Shown here piece after piece: positions 35,065-43,637 of a stretch of 64,000 bases of DNA. Below the pieces are notes generated by a model. It was not told the DNA's origin. It saw only the letters and a list, made by a program, of their open reading frames with translations, and ran no database searches. Location of the stretch: assembly GCA_965207465.1 (NCBI GenBank), contig OZ242283.1:1094429-1158428 (forward strand), given 5' to 3'. The DNA comes from Dehalococcoidia bacterium (GTDB lineage: Bacteria > Chloroflexota > Dehalococcoidia > Lucifugimonadales > JADFKI01). Both the position numbers and the translations under genes were made by a program. How positions within the stretch are numbered: the first letter of the stretch is position 1; each line of letters begins with the position of its first letter.

Positions 35065-35880
35065 CTACTCTGCCGCGGCTGCGCCCGCGCCGGACGCCCA
35101 CGCGCCTAGCGCCATGTACCCGCCGTCCACATTCACATGCTCTCCTGTCATGAAACTGGCCTTGTCGCTTGCGAGGAACAAGACTACGTTGGCAACGTCC
35201 ACTCCAAGCCCTACCCTGCCGAGTGGATGGCTCTTGCCATACCCGGCGACAATCTCATCAGTGTCACCCTCTTCAAGACGAGCCGCATTCCGCACCATTT
35301 CAGTGTCGATGGTACCGGGGCAGACGGCAAGCACGCGGATGTTCTCCTCCGCGTAGTCGAGCGCCATCTGGCGCGTCAGTGAAAGCACGCCGCCCTTGCT
35401 CGCGGCATACGCAGGCACAAGCTTCTGAGACTGAAGACCTTGCACGCTTGCCGTGTTGATGATTGCGCCGCCGCCTCGCTTACGCATTTCAGGAATGGCA
35501 AACTTGGACATCATATAGTAGCTCTTCAGGTTCACGTCGATAATGCGGTCCCACATATCTTCAGGCGTGTCCTCGACATTCTTGTATGAGTCCGGGGACT
35601 GAATACCCACATTGTTGAACAGCACATCCACACCACCGAACGCCGCTACCGTCTCAGCTACGACGCGGCTGCACTCATCGATGCTGGCGACATCTGCCAG
35701 AACCAGCAGTCCGCCGGAACCGAGGCGATTCAATTCCGACTCAACAGCACGACCCGCTTCTTCGTTCACATCCGCGATGACGACATTCGCGCCCTCTGCG
35801 GCGAACTCCATAGCGGTGGCCTGCCCTATGCCGTGGGCGCCGCCGGTTACGATTACTACCTTGCCGTCGAAAGTGCCCAT
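35065..35880 (-). CDS. SDR family oxidoreductase
   Basis: 271 aa. Contains TGGAHGIGQA, NNVG and YAASKGGV. Confidence 0.9.
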   Translation of the reverse strand: MGTFDGKVVIVTGGAHGIGQATAMEFAAEGANVVIADVNEEAGRAVESELNRLGSGGLLVLADVASIDECSRVVAETVAAFGGVDVLFNNVGIQSPDSYKNVEDTPEDMWDRIIDVNLKSYYMMSKFAIPEMRKRGGGAIINTASVQGLQSQKLVPAYAASKGGVLSLTRQMALDYAEENIRVLAVCPGTIDTEMVRNAARLEEGDTDEIVAGYGKSHPLGRVGLGVDVANVVLFLASDKASFMTGEHVNVDGGYMALGAWASGAGAAAAE

Positions 35881-36039
35881 CGATTTCTCCCCGTATGAAT
35901 TCCAACTGATACCAGAGACTATTGCGCCATTGTTTCAATCTGCTAATTAAGTGTCAACCGCCGTCATTCCAGACAGTTCGAGACTCAACGCCGAAACTCC
36001 ACTATCGGCAATGAACCTGCCCAGCGCCGTGCCCCACAA

Positions 36040-36073
36040 CCCCTCTGGATTCCCGCCTGCGCGGGAATGACGG
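36040..36073. repeat. M5 hairpin repeat (inverted orientation)
   Basis: The sequence is CCCCTCTGGATTCCCGCCTGCGCGGGAATGACGG. Stem ATTCCCGC (36049-36056) pairs with GCGGGAAT (36061-36068). Its reverse complement matches the copy at 46693-46727. Confidence 0.8.
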
Positions 36074-36100
36074 ACGGCAAGACTGCCAATGAAATCTGAA

Positions 36101-37012
36101 TTACCTCACGCACTCGTTCTCCAGATCCAGAGCTTCTTCAGCGACAGTCGCGAGCATTCGCCATGTGGTCTCGTGGTTTTTGGTGGCTTCCACATCCCCG
36201 TAGAAACTGTCGAGCAGGACATAGGTGCATCCGAGCGCTTGCAGTTGTTCGAGGTCACGCCGGATTTGGTCAATCGTGCCCTCACCTGCGAGGCGCTCTA
36301 TGTCGCTCATAGGTGAATCGGTGATTCGCAGGCGGATTCTGGGACATAGATCAGGAACCGGCTTTCCTTCCTCGTCGGCGATTCTCTTCAGCAGAGGGAA
36401 GTCCGTGTCCCTCAGATGGTCAACGGTTATTCGGATGGGGTGCCACGCGCCATGACGCACGGCGCGCCGCATTGCAGCAGCAGACGGTCCGCCGACCCAT
36501 ATCGGCGGGTGAGGCTTCTGCACCGGCCTTGGCTCGGTGTTCACATCCTTGAATGAAACGTACTTGCCCTCGAACGACGCGACAGCTTCTGTCCACAGGA
36601 CTTTGATGGCGTCCAAGTATTCGTCGGTTATCGCGCCGCGCCTGTTGAAAGGCACGCCGAGTATGTCGAATTCACCTTCGGCCCAGCCGACGCCGACGCC
36701 GAATATGAACCTGCCGCCGCTGAGACGGTCGATGTTAGCGCATGCTTTCGCCGTTTCAAGCGGGCTGCGGTACGGCACGATGATAACCGTGCTGCCGATC
36801 TCCATATTCGTGATCCCCGCAAGCCAGCCCAGTGTACTAAGCGGCTCGTAGAAGGGCGCAGGGTAGCGTTCGGCGACATCGGACGTGACAGCGATGTGGT
36901 CGGACGTCATAACGAGGTGATAGCCAAGGGATTCGGAAATCTCCACCGTTCTGCGGAAAGAGTCTGCGTTCGCGCCGGGACCAAAGTTGATGAGGTTTAC
37001 GCCTACTTTCAT
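36101..37012 (-). CDS. LLM-class (luciferase-like), probably F420-dependent, oxidoreductase
   Basis: 303 aa. Contains MKVGVNLINFGPGA...LGYHLVMTSDHIA...GGRFIFGVGVGW, typical of the Rv2161c-like LLM subgroup. Confidence 0.8.
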   Translation of the reverse strand: MKVGVNLINFGPGANADSFRRTVEISESLGYHLVMTSDHIAVTSDVAERYPAPFYEPLSTLGWLAGITNMEIGSTVIIVPYRSPLETAKACANIDRLSGGRFIFGVGVGWAEGEFDILGVPFNRRGAITDEYLDAIKVLWTEAVASFEGKYVSFKDVNTEPRPVQKPHPPIWVGGPSAAAMRRAVRHGAWHPIRITVDHLRDTDFPLLKRIADEEGKPVPDLCPRIRLRITDSPMSDIERLAGEGTIDQIRRDLEQLQALGCTYVLLDSFYGDVEATKNHETTWRMLATVAEEALDLENECVR

Positions 37013-37081
37013 TTCTCTCCTCCGAGCTAACTGAACACACCGGTCTAGTAAGATTGTTAATGTCAGGCAATGTCAGACACT

Positions 37082-37510
37082 TCAGGAACCTTCCTGGTCC
37101 GCCCAAGGGTCGTAGGAGCCGAGATGCCAGAGCTGCCCTTCGGGGTCGCGCACGGAGAACAGGCTGCCACCATAAGACTGCTCTTCGAGTTCATACACTA
37201 TGTTCGCTCCCGCTGCCTTTACACGCTCGTAGGCACCTTCGATGTCGCATACCACAATGTAAGCGTTCTGCGTCAATGACCCGTTCGGCGTTGGAGCGGT
37301 AACTCTGTCGTCTGCGTCCTCACGGTGCGAGCCGAGCATAATCATGCCGTTGCCCAGAGTAAGTTCCGCGTGAGCCACGCCGCCGCTCCCGTCCGGGACT
37401 ACTAGACGGCGCTCAAATCCAAGGACGTCGCAAAGCCAGTCAATGGCGGCGTGGGCGTCCCGGTATCGCATGCCGGGAATGATGGTGCTCTTCGTATCGG
37501 ATTGAGCCAC
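37082..37510 (-). CDS. VOC (glyoxalase/bleomycin-resistance) family protein
   Basis: 142 aa. Contains IIPGMRYRDAHAAIDWLCDVLGFE...HAELTLGNGMIMLGS...DPEGQLWHLGSYDPW. Confidence 0.8.
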   Translation of the reverse strand: MAQSDTKSTIIPGMRYRDAHAAIDWLCDVLGFERRLVVPDGSGGVAHAELTLGNGMIMLGSHREDADDRVTAPTPNGSLTQNAYIVVCDIEGAYERVKAAGANIVYELEEQSYGGSLFSVRDPEGQLWHLGSYDPWADQEGS

Positions 37511-37685
37511 ATTGTCCTCCTGTACGGTGAATGCTCGCAGCGAGTTCTGATTGGATTGATGGCAATGAACGGGTCGATTATAGACTATGATTGCGGTACG
37601 GATACAGCCTTCAAGTCTCAGGGTATTGCTAAGGTATTGCCAATGGGTGCTGGTGTCAGGTTCGACAACGCCTTTGATGCAGGCT

Positions 37686-37900
37686 TCACCCCCATCCTAA
37701 CCTTTCGCCATCAAGGGCTGACCGGGGTATGTATTGAGAAAAAGAGAGCTTGCGGCTGGGATTTCACCCCCATCCCTTCGTCAAGCTCAGGGCAGGCTCT
37801 AACCTTCCCCTGCCAAAACAGGGGGGCGGAGGTGAAAATCATCAGAACGCTTGTAATTCCACGATTCCTGGACTCTCGCTTCCGCGGTAAGCACGAATCT
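37686..37900. repeat. Hairpin-repeat cluster, mostly inverted modules (M2/M1, M2/M4/M3, degenerate M5)
   Basis: Three stretches are present: CACCCCCATCCTAACCTTTCGCCATCAAGGGCTGACC, then CACCCCCATCCCTTCGTCAAGCTCAGGGCAGGCTCTAACCTTCCCCTGCC, then GTAATTCCACGATTCC... Confidence 0.7.
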
Positions 37901-38016
37901 GGTGGTCTAAGAGCCTTTGTGGAATCGTCTGTGTCCATCCCGTAGGTTCCCGTTGTGCCATCTAGGGCAAGCCGATAAAATACTCGGTGAAATGATAGTT
38001 ACGCAAGAGGTGTCAC

Positions 38017-38730
38017 ATGCCGCACATTACAGACGAAACACTTGAAGTCCTGCGCGCCATCCCCACGCAGACGCTCATCGACGCTCAGTGGGTGAAGGGC
38101 TGGCCTATGAGCTACATCGAGGGCGCTGTGCCGCTGCAAGAGGGCCAGCGCATGGCAGGCAGGGCGGTAACGCTGCGATTCGTGCCGCACCGACCCGACC
38201 TTGCGGACGACAAGCCCAAGGGCGCGGATTCTGCCGAGTATGTGGCAATTGAGATGTGCGGTCCAGGAGAGGTGCTGGTCATAGATGCGATGGGCTGGAA
38301 GTACAGCTCGGTCGGCGGCGACATCAAGTTCCTGCGAATGAAGCAGCTGGGAGCGGGAGGACTCGTAACGGACGGCGGCGTGCGCGACAGCGTATCGCTG
38401 AAAGAGTACGGATTTCCTGTGTATTCGTCGAGCTTGACGGCAAAGCAGGGTCCCGCCGAGTTCTGGCCCTGGCAGGTCAATGACGCGATTCAATGTGGTG
38501 GAGTTCTGGTGCGCCCCGGAGATGTGCTAGTCGGCGATGACGACGGTGTTGTTGTCGTTCCGAATAGCATCGTTGATGAGGTCATAGAAATCGCTCACCG
38601 GCGCGAAGAAGTCGAGGAAGTCGTAAAGGCACAACTCGAAATTGAGCAATGTTCTCCGGGCAAGTATTACCCGTTCAACGATAATACGTGGAAACTGTTT
38701 GAGGAAAAGACCGGCAAGAAGCCGTATTAG
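38017..38730 (+). CDS. RraA family protein (4-hydroxy-4-methyl-2-oxoglutarate aldolase / RNase E regulator-like fold)
   Basis: 237 aa. Contains GEVLVIDAMG, GGDIKFLRMKQLGAGGLVTDGGVRD and GDVLVGDDDGVVVVP. Confidence 0.75.
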   Translation: MPHITDETLEVLRAIPTQTLIDAQWVKGWPMSYIEGAVPLQEGQRMAGRAVTLRFVPHRPDLADDKPKGADSAEYVAIEMCGPGEVLVIDAMGWKYSSVGGDIKFLRMKQLGAGGLVTDGGVRDSVSLKEYGFPVYSSSLTAKQGPAEFWPWQVNDAIQCGGVLVRPGDVLVGDDDGVVVVPNSIVDEVIEIAHRREEVEEVVKAQLEIEQCSPGKYYPFNDNTWKLFEEKTGKKPY

Positions 38731-38736
38731 CCTGAA

Positions 38737-38769
38737 CCACCATCCTGTCTTTCCTGTGCATCCTGTTGG
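38737..38769. repeat. M7-type ATCCTGT repeat block
   Basis: The sequence is CCACCATCCTGTCTTTCCTGTGCATCCTGTTGG. Confidence 0.5.
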
Positions 38770-38776
38770 CCTTCGG

Positions 38777-39238
38777 CTAGTCGTCGCCCGCTTGCGCTTC
38801 ATGCGTGTGGGCGAATTGAATCAGCACGCTGTTGATGCCATTCAGCCGCGCCTGCTCCAGTTCCGCGTCCGACACTCGCTGCCCCTGCGCTATAATTTCC
38901 GCCCTTAATTCTCTACCCTGAGTGTCTATCTTCGCTTCTAATTCCTTGCCCTGCGCGTCTATGTCTTTGCTCTGCGTGTCTATCAGCGCCCGCAATTCCT
39001 TGCCCTGTGCGTCTATCTTCGCTTCCAGCCCGCTGCTCTGCGAATTCATCTGCCACATAAGCGCGAACATTGCGAACAGCAAGCCCACTATTATGACCAC
39101 AGTGCTGAGTAACTGCACCGATGCCGTATCCAAGGGTAGCCTCCCTGTATTCGTCAACGCTCTGGGAAATCTCCAGTCCGCGGAACAATTATAGCACGGA
39201 AGATTCGATGGAACGGATGCCCGGGGATATCCTCTCAC
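38777..39238 (-). CDS. Membrane-anchored protein with 11-residue (IDAQGKELxA) tandem repeats
   Basis: One TM (LLSTVVIIVGLLFAMFALMW) is followed by KIDAQGKELRA LIDTQSKD IDAQGKELEA KIDTQGRELRA EIIAQGQRV. A 33-bp periodicity is visible in the DNA. The start codon is uncertain. Confidence 0.5.
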   Translation of the reverse strand: MRGYPRASVPSNLPCYNCSADWRFPRALTNTGRLPLDTASVQLLSTVVIIVGLLFAMFALMWQMNSQSSGLEAKIDAQGKELRALIDTQSKDIDAQGKELEAKIDTQGRELRAEIIAQGQRVSDAELEQARLNGINSVLIQFAHTHEAQAGDD

Positions 39239-39353
39239 CCTTCATTCCGCAGCCATCAGATGTTGTAAGTTGCGCGCCCGATGAATTAGACTTAAACGGC
39301 GGCCCAGTTGCCGCTCGATGACATTGCAACATTGAAACCTTAGCGAACAGGAG

Positions 39354-39881
39354 ATGACAGATATGGAAGAGCGAACCGGAGTATTCGCCGCGGGCGAAAA
39401 CCAACTGACCCTTTTGGGTCCCGAAATAAGCGTAGGACAGCAGGCGCCCAACTTCACCGTGTCGGGCGCGGGCTTGAGCCAGGTCACACTCGATGACTAT
39501 GCGGGCAAGGTGAAGATTATTGCATCCGTACCTTCACTCGATACCGGCGTGTGCAGCGATGAGACCAAGCAGTTCAGCGACTATGCCAAGTCGATGTCGG
39601 ATGACATCGTCGTTCTGACCATCAGCATGGACTTGCCCTTCGCGCAGGCTCGCTGGTGCGGCGCAAACGACGTTGACAATGTTGTGACTGCATCCGATTT
39701 CAAGTCCCGTGAATTCGGCGACAGCTACGGCGTGCATGTGAAAGAGAACGGTCTCCTTGCGCGCGCGGTCTTCGTGCTGGACAAGGACAATGTCGTCCGC
39801 CATGTCGAGTATGTTCCCCAGATAGCGCAGCTTCCCAACTTTGACTCTGCGCTCGCCGCGGCAAACGAAGCAGCCGGTTAA
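39354..39881 (+). CDS. tpx: Thiol peroxidase
   Basis: 175 aa. Contains APNFTV...VKIIASVPSLDTGVCSDETKQF...ARWCGA, typical of Tpx. Confidence 0.9.
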   Translation: MTDMEERTGVFAAGENQLTLLGPEISVGQQAPNFTVSGAGLSQVTLDDYAGKVKIIASVPSLDTGVCSDETKQFSDYAKSMSDDIVVLTISMDLPFAQARWCGANDVDNVVTASDFKSREFGDSYGVHVKENGLLARAVFVLDKDNVVRHVEYVPQIAQLPNFDSALAAANEAAG

Positions 39882-39910
39882 CACAGAACTTGGATACTGG
39901 ATCAACAAGC

Positions 39911-39943
39911 AGAGCGGCTACTTCCAATCAGAGTAGCCGCTCT
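39911..39943. terminator. Bidirectional hairpin between convergent tpx and metallophosphoesterase genes
   Basis: AGAGCGGCTACT (39911-39922) pairs with AGTAGCCGCTCT (39932-39943). Confidence 0.6.
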
Positions 39944-39969
39944 CTCTTGCTGCGAAGTACCGCATTCGA

Positions 39970-40530
39970 TCATCCGTCACGCTTCATATTCAGCGACAAC
40001 GCCTCGCAAGGATTCGGTCGCCCTGGGGTCTCTCCAATCGGGATGATCTCTGCGTGAAGGCTGCCCGGCTCGAGTTCCAGCAGTCCTACGCCGCCCAGCC
40101 GCAATTCCTTGTGTCGCGGAAACGTGATGCTGCCGGTGTTCAGTATGACCACTCCCTCGCGCTCATACAGCACCTCCTGATGCGTGTGACCGCCCACCAT
40201 AACGTCCACGGGTGATGGGAACAGGCTCCGCATCTTCGACATCGGCAGGTGTTCGCTGCCAAGGTCATGCACCATGCCGATGCGCCAGCCTTCGACCTCA
40301 ACCACCTGAACCTCTTCTGAGCGGTGGTCGTCATAGGGATCGTTATTGCCGTTGGCGCATATCACCGGCGCAAACTGCTCCAGCCAGTCCAGCACGCGCG
40401 TATATATCAAGTCTCCGCCGTGCATTATCAAGTCAACCGAAGAAAAAAACTCGGCCGGTTCCGGTCCCAGTTCGTCCAGGTCTTTGATTAGGTTAGGCAG
40501 GTGCGTGTCCGTGAGCAGTCCAATTTTCAT
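39970..40530 (-). CDS. Metallophosphoesterase (YfcE/MJ0936 family)
   Basis: I place the start at ATG 40530 (MKIGLLTDTHLP...). Motifs GGDL, GNND, GHTH and a final GS are present. The track ORF's N-terminal extension to 40665 would overlap the upstream gene. Confidence 0.8.
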   Translation of the reverse strand: MKIGLLTDTHLPNLIKDLDELGPEPAEFFSSVDLIMHGGDLIYTRVLDWLEQFAPVICANGNNDPYDDHRSEEVQVVEVEGWRIGMVHDLGSEHLPMSKMRSLFPSPVDVMVGGHTHQEVLYEREGVVILNTGSITFPRHKELRLGGVGLLELEPGSLHAEIIPIGETPGRPNPCEALSLNMKRDG

Positions 40531-40562
40531 GTGGTTATCCTGGGTGCCCTCTGGGTTAGCCG

Positions 40563-41249
40563 TCAACTGTGGGCAGGGCGGTTCCTGCCTTGCCTCGCGA
40601 TGCGAAAGTTCCACCATACTATCAGAGGCGTAATCAGCAGGGTAGGCAGTATCCAGCCTAGCCATGCGGGATTGGTATCCACATTCACTACCAGGACCGC
40701 CGTGACGGTGGCGATAGTGCCAGCCATCATATTCGTCAGGTGCCGCGCAATTCGCCGCGAACCACGCGCAGCCGCTGCTCTATAGAAGCGCGCATCCGTC
40801 ACGCCGAGCGCAAGCGCAATCCCTCCGAATAGCGCCATGGTAACCCACTGCGAATCCCCTCCGCGCGCTAGAATGACCGCGTAGCCCAGCATTCCCAGCC
40901 CCGCAAATGCGATTGCTGCGACTGCTGCCCAGTCAACAATGCGCGCGCTGCCGGTATAGTTACGCGCGAACCGCCAGCCGGCGAATACAAGATAAAAGCT
41001 GAAGACCGCGATCAGCAGCAGGAAAACACTGCTTCCCAGAATCGCGAGTGGCACTGCGGTGAGGAATATCAGAGTCATCGCTACCGCATATACGCGTCCT
41101 GCTCTGATATGCCTTATGCCGCCCTTCTGCGTTGCCAACGCCACCACCGCCGTCAGCAGCGCAACGCTGCCCGCAACAATGTGTATCGCCAGCAAAACTG
41201 CATATACCATCTCTCCTCCACGAATAGAATCGAAACCACTAGAAGACAT
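40563..41249 (-). CDS. Integral membrane protein, function unknown
   Basis: 228 aa with about six hydrophobic helices. No motif recognised. Confidence 0.7.
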   Translation of the reverse strand: MSSSGFDSIRGGEMVYAVLLAIHIVAGSVALLTAVVALATQKGGIRHIRAGRVYAVAMTLIFLTAVPLAILGSSVFLLLIAVFSFYLVFAGWRFARNYTGSARIVDWAAVAAIAFAGLGMLGYAVILARGGDSQWVTMALFGGIALALGVTDARFYRAAAARGSRRIARHLTNMMAGTIATVTAVLVVNVDTNPAWLGWILPTLLITPLIVWWNFRIARQGRNRPAHS

Positions 41250-41257
41250 TTTCAGGA

Positions 41258-41340
41258 GTCCTTCCCCCTCGATGGGGAAGAGCCTGCCCTGCGAGGGCAG
41301 GGGTTAGAGCCTGTCCTGAGCTTGTCGAAAGGACGGGGGA
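41258..41340. repeat. Hairpin-repeat cluster (M1 variant, M3, M4 variant)
   Basis: The sequence is GTCCTTCCCCCTCGATGGGGAAG-AGCCTGCCCTGCGAGGGCAGGGG-TTAGAGCCTGTCCTGAGCTTGTCGAAAGGACGGGGG. Confidence 0.8.
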
Positions 41341-41587
41341 TATGTGTGTTGACCATCACCTTTCGTAAATGTCTCCCACAGGACACTCCGTTGACTGAAT
41401 CGCACCCGTATGCTACCTTTTCGCCGTTCGTGGAATCAACATGACGGTGCTACTCACGCTAACAGACGTACAACCGTGGTTCAAGTTCTCAAGTGACTGT
41501 GGTTGCGATTGTCTGTAGAGCCATGTCTCATCGCCGTAAATCAAACGAAACTTGCTAATTCGATAGAGACCGAATGGAGAGACGAAA

Positions 41588-42781
41588 ATGCCCCAACGAA
41601 GAGAAGCCGCAATCGTCGGCATTCATGAATACCCGCTCAGGGTCGTCGGCCCCGGCACCAGCGCACTGCAAATCAAGGCTGCCTCGGCAATCAAAGCACT
41701 AGAGGACGCAGGTCTGTCCTACAAGGACATCGACGCTGTGTACGACACCGGCTCCCATCAGGGCATAGGCGGACTCGGCATATCCGAATACCTCGGCCTG
41801 AAGCCGAAGGTCATCGACAACACCGCTGTCGGTGGCACTTCCTACGAGTTTCAGGCGAATCACGCCGCCAAAATGATTGCGGCGGGCAAGTGCGAAGTCG
41901 CCCTTCTCACCTACGGCTCTACCGCGCACTCCGACAGGCGCAACATTGGCACTGCAGGCGGCACGAGCCAGGGACCGGCGACGCCCGCCGGTAACATGGA
42001 AGACTCCTGGGGTCAGACGCTCATCGCCAACTACGGCATGGTCAAGCGCCGCCACATGCATCAGTATGGCACCACCGACGAGCAATTCGCCGAAATCTCG
42101 GTCGTAACACGCCGCCACGCCATGCGAAACCCGGAGGCGGTCAAGGCTATGACCGACCTCGAATTCGTCGGTGTGAACGAAATCACCGTGCAGGACGTGG
42201 TTGATTCGCGTGTAATAGCGCACCCGCTTCATCTGCTTGAGTGCTGCATGATTTCCGACGGCGGCGGCGCGGTCATCATCGCCTCGCCTGAAGTCGCCGC
42301 GAACTGCGCCAAGAAGCCCGCTTGGATTATCGGCACCGGCGAAGCGACCAAGTACCGCGAAAACGGCGGTGACATCACCGTCAGCGCGGGCGCGCAGTCC
42401 GGTCCTATCGCGTTTGCGGACGCCGGCGTAAGCCCCGACGAGATTGATGTCCTGATGGCTTACGACTCATTCAGCATCACCGTGATGCTGATGATTGAAG
42501 ACCTTGGCTTCTGCAAGAAGGGCGAGGGCGGCGACTACGTCAGCCAGCGCCATCTTGGCTTCGACGATCCTCGCGGACCGGCTATGAACACGGATGGCGG
42601 AGGCTTGTCCTCCAATCACCCCGGCGAGCGCGGCATTTTCCTTCTATTCGAGGCAACCCGCCAGCTGCGCGGCGAATCCACGGCACAGGTAGAAGACCCC
42701 AAGCTTGCGGTCGCGGTAGGCAACGGCGGTTCCCTTGGCTCACGCCACGCAACCGGCGTGACCATACTCGCCGCCGATTAG
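41588..42781 (+). CDS. Thiolase-fold protein (SCP-x / non-specific lipid-transfer-type thiolase)
   Basis: 397 aa with SD GGAGAG. Thiolase-like N- and C-terminal domains. C-terminal NTDGGGLSSNHPG motif. Confidence 0.8.
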   Translation: MPQRREAAIVGIHEYPLRVVGPGTSALQIKAASAIKALEDAGLSYKDIDAVYDTGSHQGIGGLGISEYLGLKPKVIDNTAVGGTSYEFQANHAAKMIAAGKCEVALLTYGSTAHSDRRNIGTAGGTSQGPATPAGNMEDSWGQTLIANYGMVKRRHMHQYGTTDEQFAEISVVTRRHAMRNPEAVKAMTDLEFVGVNEITVQDVVDSRVIAHPLHLLECCMISDGGGAVIIASPEVAANCAKKPAWIIGTGEATKYRENGGDITVSAGAQSGPIAFADAGVSPDEIDVLMAYDSFSITVMLMIEDLGFCKKGEGGDYVSQRHLGFDDPRGPAMNTDGGGLSSNHPGERGIFLLFEATRQLRGESTAQVEDPKLAVAVGNGGSLGSRHATGVTILAAD

Positions 42782-42790
42782 ATAAAAAAG

Positions 42791-42903
42791 TTCCTTCCCC
42801 CTTGATGGGGGAAGGTCAGAGCCTGCCCTTGCGAAGGCAGGGGATGGGGGGACCGCCCCTAAAACAACAGAATCCGTTCGTCCTGAGCCTGTCGAAGGAC
42901 AGA
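42791..42903. repeat. Hairpin-repeat cluster (M1, M3, M4) inserted between thiolase and DUF35 genes
   Basis: Perfect M1 at 42793-42815. M3 AGAGCCTGCCCTTGCGAAGGCAGGGG at 42818-42843. M4 CCGTTCGTCCTGAGCCTGTCGAAGGAC at 42874-42900, identical to 46745-46771. Confidence 0.85.
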
Positions 42904-42966
42904 ATGCTCCAGCGATTCTTCCGACAAGAACTACCGCACTGATAACTGATAACTAGGAGACAAAGC

Positions 42967-43383
42967 ATGCCCGGACAGCGACCACTCCCAAGATTCCCCG
43001 AACCCGACACAGAACCATTCTGGGAAGCAACCAAACGGCACGAACTTATATATCAGGTCTGCAACAGCACCGGCGAGGTCATATTCTATCCGCGCAGATA
43101 CCCCCTCAACTGCGACGCGGACGACATCACTTGGCGCACATCCAAGGGCGAGGGCGAGGTTTATACCTTTAGCGTCGTCATGCAGAGCCGGCATCCCGCA
43201 TTCGCTGATCTAGGCCCCTACGCTGTAGCCTATGTTGACCTCGACGAGGGCTTCAGGATTATGACGAACATCGTGGGAGTCGATAATCCCATCGAAGACA
43301 TCCACTGCGGCATGCGCGTCAAGGTTCGCTGGGAAGACCAGGGGGAAGGCGAAGTATCCCTGCCCATGTTCGAGCCGGCATAG
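42967..43383 (+). CDS. Zn-ribbon/OB-fold protein (DUF35 family), thiolase partner
   Basis: 138 aa. Contains FWEATKRHELIYQVCNSTGEVIFYPR...GEGEVYTFSVV...YAVAYVDLDEG. Confidence 0.8.
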   Translation: MPGQRPLPRFPEPDTEPFWEATKRHELIYQVCNSTGEVIFYPRRYPLNCDADDITWRTSKGEGEVYTFSVVMQSRHPAFADLGPYAVAYVDLDEGFRIMTNIVGVDNPIEDIHCGMRVKVRWEDQGEGEVSLPMFEPA

Positions 43384-43397
43384 CCCCCATCGGCTAG

Positions 43398-43478
43398 TCC
43401 CTTCCCCCTTGATGGGGGAAGGTTAGGATGGGGGTGGAAATCCCGCCATCCTGCCCATCCTATCCATCGATGTTTAAC
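43398..43478. repeat. Hairpin-repeat cluster (M1, M2, M7)
   Basis: Perfect M1 at 43400-43422. TTAGGATGGGGGTG at 43423-43436. This is followed by CCATCCTGCCCATCCTATCCATCGATGTTTAAC. Confidence 0.85.
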
Positions 43479-43637
43479 TCCGATGGTAGCAACATAACAC
43501 GCGAATTTGCTATGATTATGTTGGCTTGCACGGCGGCTGATTGCGTCTGACGCCTTTAGTGTCAATAGTCTAAGACTCAGCCGAAACGTCCGTGTGAGAT
43601 AACTGAAAACCAAATTCGGAATAGGGAGCACCATAGA

